From NCBI GenBank assembly GCA_964057225.1, contig OZ059900.1, forward strand, positions 22,940,001-23,004,000: DNA of 64,000 bases, given 5' to 3'. Positions within the stretch are counted from its first letter, which is position 1; every line of letters begins with the position of its first letter. Origin of the DNA: Auanema rhodensis (lineage: Eukaryota; Animalia; Nematoda). Below, one piece after another: positions 53,290 through 64,000 of the stretch. The notes beneath the pieces were generated by a model. That model searched no databases, had not been told where the DNA came from, and worked only from the letters and a program-made list of their open reading frames with translations. The position numbers and the translations under genes are program-made.

Positions 53290-56200
53290 TTTGCCTATTG
53301 CGTACTGCCTGTTTCCAATTATATTATCAGTGCAGGCTCTGAAAGTTTTTCATAATCAAGGAATCACGTTCTAAATATTATAACTCGCGTACAGGAAAGT
53401 TAATTAAAAACAGAAACGAAACTATTATTGCTATTATCTATTACACAAACAGTCCGCGTTCATGAAGATTGGTATGATTGAGTAAACTAAGTCCTATTGT
53501 AATAAAGCTGTCATTCAAATGTTTTAGTATTGCCTGTTTCCAGTTATATTATCAGTGCAGGCTCTAAAAAGTTTTCATTATGAAGGAATCACGTTCTAAA
53601 TATAATAACTCGCGTACTGGAAAGTTAATTGAAAAAAGAAACGAAATTATCATTGCTATCATCTATTGCACAAACAGTCCGTGTTCATGAAGCTTGATAT
53701 AATTGAGTAAACTAAGTCGTATTGTAATAAAGCTGCCATTCAAATGTTTGCGTATTGCGTACTGCCTGTTTCCAATTATATTATCAGTGCAGGCTCTGAA
53801 AGTTTTTTATAATCAAAGAATCACGTTCTAAATATTATAACTCGCGTACAGGAAAGTTAATTAAAAACAGAAACGAAACTATTATTGCTATTATATATTA
53901 CACAAGCAGTCCGTGTTCATGAAGCTTGATATAATTGAGTAAACTAAGTCGTATTATAATAAAACTGTCATTCAAATGTTTTCGTATTGCGTACTGCCTG
54001 TTTCCAATTATATTATCAGTGCAGGCTCTGAAAGTTTTTCATTATCAAGGAATCGCGTTCTAAATATTATAACTCGCGTACTGGAAAGTTAGTTAGAAAA
54101 AGAAACGAAACTATCATTGCTATCATCTATTGCACAAACAGTCCGTGTTCATGAAGCTTGATATGATTGAGTAAACTAAGTCGTATTGTAATAAAGCTGT
54201 CATTCAAATGTTTGCGTATTTCCTGTTGCCAGTTATATTATCAGTGCAGGCTCTAAAAATTTTTCATTATCAAGGAATCGCGTTCTAAATATTATAACTC
54301 GCGTACTGGAAAGTTAGTTAAAAAAAGAAACGAAACTATCATTGCTATCATCTATTGCACAAACAGTCCGTGTTCATGAAGCTTGATATGATTGAGTAAA
54401 CTAAGTCGTATTGTAATAAAGCTGTCATTCAAATGTTTGCGTATTGCCTGTTGCCAGTTATATTATCAGTGCAGGCTCTAAAAATTTTTCATTATCAAGG
54501 AATCGCGTTCTAAATATTATAACTCGCGTACTGGAAAGTTAGTTAAAAAAAGAAACGAAACTATCATTGCTATCATCTATTGCACAAACAGTCCGTGTTC
54601 ATGAAGCTTGATATGATTGAGTAAACTAAGTCGTATTGTAATAAAGCTGTCATTCAAATGTTTGCGTATTGCCTGTTGCCAGTTATATTATCAGTGCAGG
54701 CTCTGAAAGTTTTTTATAATCAAAGAATCACGTTCTAAATATTATAACTCGCGTACAGGAAAGTTAATTAAAAACAGAAACGAAACTATTATTGCTATTA
54801 TATATTACACAAGCAGTCCGTGTTCATGAAGATTGGTATGATTGAGTAAACTAAGTCCTATTGTAATAAAGCTGTCATTCAAATGTTTTAGTATTGCCTG
54901 TTTCCAGTTATATTATCAGTGCAGGCTCTGAAAGTTTTTCATTATCAAGGAATCGCGTTCTAAATATTATAACTCGCGTACTGGAAAGTTAGTTAAAAAA
55001 AGAAACGAAACTATCATTGCTATCATCTATTGCACAAACAGTCCGTGTTCATGAAGCTTGATATGATTGAGTAAACTAAGTCGTATTGTAATAAAGCTGT
55101 CATTCAAATGTTTCCGTATTGCCTGTTGCCAGTTATATTATCAGTGCAGGCTCTAAACATTTTTCATTATGAAGCAATCGCGTTCTAAATATGATAACTC
55201 GCGTACTGGAAAGTTAATTAAAAAAAGAAACGAAACTATCATTGCTATCATCTATTACACAAGCAGTCCCTGTTCATGAAGCTTGATATGATTGAGTAAG
55301 CTAAGTCGTATTGTATTAAAGCTGTCATTCAAATATTTGCGTATCGCGTACTGCCTGTTTCCAGTTATATTATCAGTGCAGGCTCTAAAAATTTTTCATT
55401 ATGAAGGAATCACGTTCTAAATATAATAACTCGCGTACTGGAAAGTTATTTGAAAACAGAAACGAAACTATTATTGCTATTATATATTACACAAGCAGTC
55501 CGTGTTCATGAAGCTTGATATAATTGAGTAAACTAAGTCGTATTATAATAAAGCTGTCATTCAAATGTTTGCGTATTGCGTACTGCCTGTTTCCAATTAT
55601 ATTATCAGTGCAGGCTCTGAAAGTTTTTCATTATCAAGGAATCGCGTTCTAAATATTATAACTCGCGTACTGGAAAGTTAGTTAAAAAAAGAAACGAAAC
55701 TATCATTGCTATCATCTATTGCACAAACAGTCCGTGTTCATGAAGCTTGATATGATTGAGTAAACTAAGTCGTATTGTAATAAAGCTGTCATTCAAATGT
55801 TTGCGTATTTCCTGTTGCCAGTTATATTATCAGTGCAGGCTCTAAAAATTTTTCATTATCAAGGAATCGCGTTCTAAATATTATAACTCGCGTACTGGAA
55901 AGTTAGTTAAAAAAAGAAACGAAACTATCATTGCTATCATCTATTGCACAAACAGTCCGTGTTCATGAAGCTTGATATGATTGAGTAAACTAAGTCGTAT
56001 TGTAATAAAGCTGTCATTCAAATGTTTGCGTATTGCCTGTTGCCAGTTATATTATCAGTGCAGGCTCTAAAAATTTTTCATTATCAAGGAATCGCGTTCT
56101 AAATATTATAACTCGCGTACTGGAAAGTTAGTTAAAAAAAGAAACGAAACTATCATTGCTATCATCTATTGCACAAACAGTCCGTGTTCATGAAGCTTGA

Positions 56201-59200
56201 TATGATTGAGTAAACTAAGTCGTATTGTAATAAAGCTGTCATTCAAATGTTTGCGTATTGCCTGTTGCCAGTTATATTATCAGTGCAGGCTCTGAAAGTT
56301 TTTTATAATCAAAGAATCACGTTCTAAATATTATAACTCGCGTACAGGAAAGTTAATTAAAAACAGAAACGAAACTATTATTGCTATTATATATTACACA
56401 AGCAGTCCGTGTTCATGAAGATTGGTATGATTGAGTAAACTAAGTCCTATTGTAATAAAGCTGTCATTCAAATGTTTTAGTATTGCCTGTTTCCAGTTAT
56501 ATTATCAGTGCAGGCTCTGAAAGTTTTTCATTATCAAGGAATCGCGTTCTAAATATTATAACTCGCGTACTGGAAAGTTAGTTAAAAAAAGAAACGAAAC
56601 TATCATTGCTATCATCTATTGCACAAACAGTCCGTGTTCATGAAGCTTGATATGATTGAGTAAACTAAGTCGTATTGTAATAAAGCTGTCATTCAAATGT
56701 TTCCGTATTGCCTGTTGCCAGTTATATTATCAGTGCAGGCTCTAAACATTTTTCATTATGAAGCAATCGCGTTCTAAATATGATAACTCGCGTACTGGAA
56801 AGTTAATTAAAAAAAGAAACGAAACTATCATTGCTATCATCTATTACACAAGCAGTCCCTGTTCATGAAGCTTGATATGATTGAGTAAGCTAAGTCGTAT
56901 TGTATTAAAGCTGTCATTCAAATATTTGCGTATCGCGTACTGCCTGTTTCCAGTTATATTATCAGTGCAGGCTCTAAAAATTTTTCATTATGAAGGAATC
57001 ACGTTCTAAATATAATAACTCGCGTACTGGAAAGTTATTTGAAAACAGAAACGAAACTATTATTGCTATTATCTATTACACAAACAGTCCGTGTTCATGA
57101 AGCTTGATATGATTGAGTAAACTAAGTCGTATTGTAATAAAGCTGTCATTCAAATGTTTCCGTATTGCCTGTTGCCAGTTATATTATCAGTGCAGGCTCT
57201 AAACATTTTTCATTATGAAGCAATCGCGTTCTAAATATGATAACTCGCGTACTGGAAAGTTAATTAAAAAAAGAAACGAAATTATCATTGCTATCATCTA
57301 TTGCACAAACAGTCCGTGTTGATGAAGCTTGATATAATTGAGTAAACTAAGTCGTATTGTAATAAAGCTGTCATTCAAATGTTTGCGTATTGCCTGTTGC
57401 CAGTTATATTATCAGTGCAGGCTCTGAAAGTTTTTTATAATCAAAGAATCACGTTCTAAATATTATAACTCGCGTACAGGAAAGTTAATTAAAAACAGAA
57501 ACGAAACTATTATTGCTATTATATATTACACAAGCAGTCCGTGTTCATGAAGATTGGTATGATTGAGTAAACTAAGTCCTATTGTAATAAAGCTGTCATT
57601 CAAATGTTTTAGTATTGCCTGTTTCCAGTTATATTATCAGTGCAGGCTCTGAAAGTTTTTCATTATCAAGGAATCGCGTTCTAAATATTATAACTCGCGT
57701 ACTGGAAAGTTAGTTAAAAAAAGAAACGAAACTATCATTGCTATCATCTATTGCACAAACAGTCCGTGTTCATGAAGCTTGATATGATTGAGTAAACTAA
57801 GTCGTATTGTAATAAAGCTGTCATTCAAATGTTTCCGTATTGCCTGTTGCCAGTTATATTATCAGTGCAGGCTCTAAACATTTTTCATTATGAAGCAATC
57901 GCGTTCTAAATATGATAACTCGCGTACTGGAAAGTTAATTAAAAAAAGAAACGAAACTATCATTGCTATCATCTATTACACAAGCAGTCCCTGTTCATGA
58001 AGCTTGATATGATTGAGTAAGCTAAGTCGTATTGTATTAAAGCTGTCATTCAAATATTTGCGTATCGCGTACTGCCTGTTTCCAGTTATATTATCAGTGC
58101 AGGCTCTAAAAATTTTTCATTATGAAGGAATCACGTTCTAAATATAATAACTCGCGTACTGGAAAGTTATTTGAAAACAGAAACGAAACTATTATTGCTA
58201 TTATCTATTACACAAACAGTCCGTGTTCATGAAGCTTGATATGATTGAGTAAACTAAGTCGTATTGTAATAAAGCTGTCATTCAAATGTTTCCGTATTGC
58301 CTGTTGCCAGTTATATTATCAGTGCAGGCTCTAAACATTTTTCATTATGAAGCAATCGCGTTCTAAATATGATAACTCGCGTACTGGAAAGTTAATTAAA
58401 AAAAGAAACGAAATTATCATTGCTATCATCTATTGCACAAACAGTCCGTGTTGATGAAGCTTGATATAATTGAGTAAACTAAGTCGTATTGTAATAAAGC
58501 TGTCATTCAAATGTTTGCGTATCGCGTACTGCCTGTTTCCAGTTATATTATCAGTGCAGGCTCTAAAAATTTTTCATTATGAAGGAATCACGTTCTAAAT
58601 ATAATAACTCGCGTACTGGAAAGTTATTTGAAAACAGAAACGAAACTATTATTGCTATTATCTATTACACAAACAGTCCGTGTTCATGACTCTTGATATG
58701 ATTGAGTAAACTAAGTCGTATTGTAATAAAGCTGTCATTCAAATATTTGCGTATCGCGTACTGCCTGTTTCCAGTTATATTATCAGTGCAGGCTCTAAAA
58801 ATTTTTCATAATCAAGGAATCACGTTCTAAATATTATAACTCGCGTACAGGAAAGTTAATTAAAAACAGAAACGAAACTATTATTGCTATTATCTATTAC
58901 ACAAACAGTCCGTGTTCATGAAGATTGGTATGATTGAGTAAACTAAGTCCTATTGTAATAAAGCTGTCATTCAAATGTTTGCGTATTGCCTGTTGCCAGT
59001 TATATTATCAGTGCAGGCTCTAAACATTTTTCATTATGAAGCAATCGCGTTCTAAATATGATAACTCGCGTACTGGAAAGTTAATTAAAAAAAGAAACGA
59101 AACTATCATTGCTATCATCTATTACACAAACAGTCCCTGTTCATGAAGCTTGATATGATTGAGTAAGCTAAGTCGTATTGTAATAAAGCTGTCATTCAAA

Positions 59201-59659
59201 TGTTTGCGTATTGCGTACTGCCTGTTTCCAATTATATTATCAGTGCAGGCTCTAAAAATTTTTCATTATGAAGGAATCACGTTCTAAATATAATAACTCG
59301 CGTACTGGAAAGTTAATTGAAAAAAGAAACGAAATAATCATTGCTATCATCTATTGCACAAACAGTCCGTGTTCATGAAGCTTGATATGATTGAGTAAAC
59401 TAAGTCCTATTGTAATAAAGCTGTCATTCAAATGTTTTAGTATTGCCTGTTTCCAGTTATATTATCAGTGCAGGCTCTAAAAATTTTTCATTATGAAGGA
59501 ATCACGTTCTAAATATTGTAACTCGCGTACAGGAAAGTTAATTAAAAACAGAAACAAAACTATTATTGCTATTATATATTACACAAGCAGTCCGTGTTCA
59601 TGAAGCTTGATATAATTGAGTAAACTAAGTCGTATTGTAATAAAGCTGTCATTCAAATG
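53290..59659 (-). repeat. Rearranged HOR interval (6370 bp, 28 monomers) with two register jumps
   Basis: Monomer order is 1-10, a chimeric 11/4 (about 55380-55600), 5-11, a chimeric 12/7 (about 57200-57400), then 8-16. The excess of 2721 bp equals 1589 + 1132. Confidence 0.85.
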
Positions 59660-62600
59660 TTTGCCTATTGCGTACTGCCTGTTTCCAATTATATTATCAG
59701 TGCAGGCTCTGAAAGTTTTTCATAATCAAGGAATCACGTTCTAAATATTATAACTCGCGTACAGGAAAGTTAATTAAAAACAGAAACGAAACTATTATTG
59801 CTATTATCTATTACACAAACAGTCCGTGTTCATGAAGATTGGTATGATTGAGTAAACTAAGTCCTATTGTAATAAAGCTGTCATTCAAATGTTTTAGTAT
59901 TGCCTGTTTCCAGTTATATTATCAGTGCAGGCTCTAAAAAGTTTTCATTATGAAGGAATCACGTTCTAAATATAATAACTCGCGTACTGGAAAGTTAATT
60001 GAAAAAAGAAACGAAATTATCATTGCTATCATCTATTGCACAAACAGTCCGTGTTCATGAAGCTTGATATAATTGAGTAAACTAAGTCGTATTGTAATAA
60101 AGCTGCCATTCAAATGTTTGCGTATTGCGTACTGCCTGTTTCCAATTATATTATCAGTGCAGGCTCTGAAAGTTTTTTATAATCAAAGAATCACGTTCTA
60201 AATATTATAACTCGCGTACAGGAAAGTTAATTAAAAACAGAAACGAAACTATTATTGCTATTATATATTACACAAGCAGTCCGTGTTCATGAAGCTTGAT
60301 ATAATTGAGTAAACTAAGTCGTATTATAATAAAACTGTCATTCAAATGTTTTCGTATTGCGTACTGCCTGTTTCCAATTATATTATCAGTGCAGGCTCTG
60401 AAAGTTTTTCATTATCAAGGAATCGCGTTCTAAATATTATAACTCGCGTACTGGAAAGTTAGTTAGAAAAAGAAACGAAACTATCATTGCTATCATCTAT
60501 TGCACAAACAGTCCGTGTTCATGAAGCTTGATATGATTGAGTAAACTAAGTCGTATTGTAATAAAGCTGTCATTCAAATGTTTGCGTATTTCCTGTTGCC
60601 AGTTATATTATCAGTGGAGGCTCTAAAAATTTTTCATTATCAAGGAATCGCGTTCTAAATATTATAACTCGCGTACTGGAAAGTTAGTTAAAAAAAGAAA
60701 CGAAACTATCATTGCTATCATCTATTGCACAAACAGTCCGTGGTCATGAAGCTTGATATGATTGAGTAAACTAAGTCGTATTGTAATAAAGCTGTCATTC
60801 AAATGTTTGCGTATTGCCTGTTGCCAGTTATATTATCAGTGCAGGCTCTAAAAATTTTTCATTATCAAGGAATCGCGTTCTAAATATTATAACTCGCGTA
60901 CTGGAAAGTTAGTTAAAAAAAGAAACGAAACTATCATTGCTATCATCTATTGCACAAACAGTCCGTGTTCATGAAGCTTGATATGATTGAGTAAACTAAG
61001 TCGTATTGTAATAAAGCTGTCATTCAAATGTTTGCGTATTGCCTGTTGCCAGTTATATTATCAGTGCAGGCTCTGAAAGTTTTTTATAATCAAAGAATCA
61101 CGTTCTAAATATTATAACTCGCGTACAGGAAAGTTAATTAAAAACAGAAACGAAACTATTATTGCTATTATATATTACACAAGCAGTCCGTGTTCATGAA
61201 GATTGGTATGATTGAGTAAACTAAGTCCTATTGTAATAAAGCTGTCATTCAAATGTTTTAGTATTGCCTGTTTCCAGTTATATTATCAGTGCAGGCTCTG
61301 AAAGTTTTTCATTATCAAGGAATCGCGTTCTAAATATTATAACTCGCGTACTGGAAAGTTAGTTAAAAAAAGAAACGAAACTATCATTGCTATCATCTAT
61401 TGCACAAACAGTCCGTGTTCATGAAGCTTGATATGATTGAGTAAACTAAGTCGTATTGTAATAAAGCTGTCATTCAAATGTTTCCGTATTGCCTGTTGCC
61501 AGTTATATTATCAGTGCAGGCTCTAAACATTTTTCATTATGAAGCAATCGCGTTCTAAATATGATAACTCGCGTACTGGAAAGTTAATTAAAAAAAGAAA
61601 CGAAACTATCATTGCTATCATCTATTACACAAGCAGTCCCTGTTCATGAAGCTTGATATGATTGAGTAAGCTAAGTCGTATTGTATTAAAGCTGTCATTC
61701 AAATATTTGCGTATCGCGTACTGCCTGTTTCCAGTTATATTATCAGTGCAGGCTCTAAAAATTTTTCATTATGAAGGAATCACGTTCTAAATATAATAAC
61801 TCGCGTACTGGAAAGTTATTTGAAAACAGAAACGAAACTATTATTGCTATTATCTATTACACAAACAGTCCGTGTTCATGAAGCTTGATATGATTGAGTA
61901 AACTAAGTCGTATTGTAATAAAGCTGTCATTCAAATGTTTCCGTATTGCCTGTTGCCAGTTATATTATCAGTGCAGGCTCTAAACATTTTTCATTATGAA
62001 GCAATCGCGTTCTAAATATGATAACTCGCGTACTGGAAAGTTAATTAAAAAAAGAAACGAAATTATCATTGCTATCATCTATTGCACAAACAGTCCGTGT
62101 TGATGAAGCTTGATATAATTGAGTAAACTAAGTCGTATTGTAATAAAGCTGTCATTCAAATGTTTGCGTATCGCGTACTGCCTGTTTCCAGTTATATTAT
62201 CAGTGCAGGCTCTAAAAATTTTTCATTATGAAGGAATCACGTTCTAAATATAATAACTCGCGTACTGGAAAGTTATTTGAAAACAGAAACGAAACTATTA
62301 TTGCTATTATCTATTACACAAACAGTCCGTGTTCATGACTCTTGATATGATTGAGTAAACTAAGTCGTATTGTAATAAAGCTGTCATTCAAATATTTGCG
62401 TATCGCGTACTGCCTGTTTCCAGTTATATTATCAGTGCAGGCTCTAAAAATTTTTCATAATCAAGGAATCACGTTCTAAATATTATAACTCGCGTACAGG
62501 AAAGTTAATTAAAAACAGAAACGAAACTATTATTGCTATTATCTATTACACAAACAGTCCGTGTTCATGAAGATTGGTATGATTGAGTAAACTAAGTCCT

Positions 62601-63308
62601 ATTGTAATAAAGCTGTCATTCAAATGTTTGCGTATTGCCTGTTGCCAGTTATATTATCAGTGCAGGCTCTAAACATTTTTCATTATGAAGCAATCGCGTT
62701 CTAAATATGATAACTCGCGTACTGGAAAGTTAATTAAAAAAAGAAACGAAACTATCATTGCTATCATCTATTACACAAACAGTCCCTGTTCATGAAGCTT
62801 GATATGATTGAGTAAGCTAAGTCGTATTGTAATAAAGCTGTCATTCAAATGTTTGCGTATTGCGTACTGCCTGTTTGCAATTATATTATCAGTGCAGGCT
62901 CTAAAAATTTTTCATTATGAAGGAATCACGTTCTAAATATAATAACTCGCGTACTGGAAAGTTAATTGAAAAAAGAAACGAAATAATCATTGCTATCATC
63001 TATTGCACAAACAGTCCGTGTTCATGAAGCTTGATATGATTGAGTAAACTAAGTCCTATTGTAATAAAGCTGTCATTCAAATGTTTTAGTATTGCCTGTT
63101 TCCAGTTATATTATCAGTGCAGGCTCTAAAAATTTTTCATTATGAAGGAATCACGTTCTAAATATTGTAACTCGCGTACAGGAAAGTTAATTAAAAACAG
63201 AAACAAGACTATTATTGCTATTATATATTACACAAGCAGTCCGTGTTCATGAAGCTTGATATAATTGAGTAAACTAAGTCGTATTGTAATAAAGCTGTCA
63301 TTCAAATG
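59660..63308 (-). repeat. Complete 16-monomer HOR unit of satellite B (3649 bp), haplotype Y
   Basis: Marker TTTGCCTATTG at 59660 and 63309. I counted 16 monomer heads with long/short pattern L S L L S S S S S L S L L S L S. Confidence 0.93.
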
Positions 63309-64000
63309 TTTGCCTATTGCGTACTGCCTGTTTCCAATTATATTATCAGTGCAGGCTCTGAAAGTTTTTCATAATCAAGGAATCACGTTCTAAATATTAT
63401 AACTCGCGTACAGGAAAGTTAATTAAAAACAGAAACGAAACTATTATTGCTATTATCTATTACACAAACAGTCCGTGTTCATGAAGATTGGTATGATTGA
63501 GTAAACTAAGTCCTATTGTAATAAAGCTGTCATTCTAATGTTTTAGTATTGCCTGTTTCCAGTTATATTATCAGTGCAGGCTCTAAAAAGTTTTCATTAT
63601 GAAGGAATCACGTTCTAAATATAATAACTCGCGTACTGGAAAGTTAATTGAAAAAAGAAACGAAATTATCATTGCTATCATCTATTGCACAAACAGTCCG
63701 TGTTCATGAAGCTTGATATAATTGAGTAAACTAAGTCGTATTGTAATAAAGCTGCCATTCAAATGTTTGCGTATTGCGTACTGCCTGTTTCCAATTATAT
63801 TATCAGTTCAGGCTCTGAAAGTTTTTTATAATCAAAGAATCACGTTCTAAATATTATAACTCGCGTACAGGAAAGTTAATTAAAAACAGAAACGAAACTA
63901 TTATTGCTATTATATATTACACAAGCAGTCCGTGTTCATGAAGCTTGATATAATTGAGTAAACTAAGTCGTATTATAATAAAGCTGTCATTCAAATGTTT

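Larger units (their letters stand above)
46834..64000 (-). repeat. Satellite B, reverse-complement block: about 75 monomers, running off the right edge
   Basis: Reverse complement of the forward block, e.g. GCCTGTTTCCAGTTATATTATCAGTGCAGGCTCT versus AGAGCCTGCACTGATAATATAACTGGAAACAGGC. Same 225/232-bp periods. Confidence 0.98.

Noticed and set aside
1-64000. CRISPR array or other prokaryotic repeat system
   Set aside because: There are no unique spacers, since entire 225-342 bp units repeat, and no cas or other genes.
1-64000. 5S rRNA, tRNA or snRNA tandem gene arrays
   Set aside because: Neither monomer shows a recognisable 5S, tRNA cloverleaf, snRNA or spliced-leader sequence on either strand.

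Overview
The whole window is non-coding eukaryotic-type satellite DNA. I found no credible genes, RNA genes, transposons or CRISPR arrays. It has three blocks. (1) Satellite A, 1-41848: about 122 head-to-tail copies of a 342-bp monomer (about 34% GC by hand count), highly homogeneous, with local 2-, 3-, 5- and 11-monomer duplications and four 193-bp truncated monomers near its end. (2) Satellite B, + orientation, 41849-46833: about 22 monomers of an apparently unrelated 225/232-bp family, joined abruptly to A. (3) Satellite B, - orientation, 46834-64000: about 75 monomers organised as a 3649-bp, 16-monomer higher-order repeat (HOR) with two alternating haplotypes. The most notable structure is the strand switch at 46834. 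It is an in-phase fold-back, with 750-bp arms that match by eye around a 74-bp spacer, and the mirrored monomer order continues for roughly 2.6 kb on the left. The architecture resembles (peri)centromeric heterochromatin. I cannot assign a species or a named satellite family, and all alignments were done by eye.
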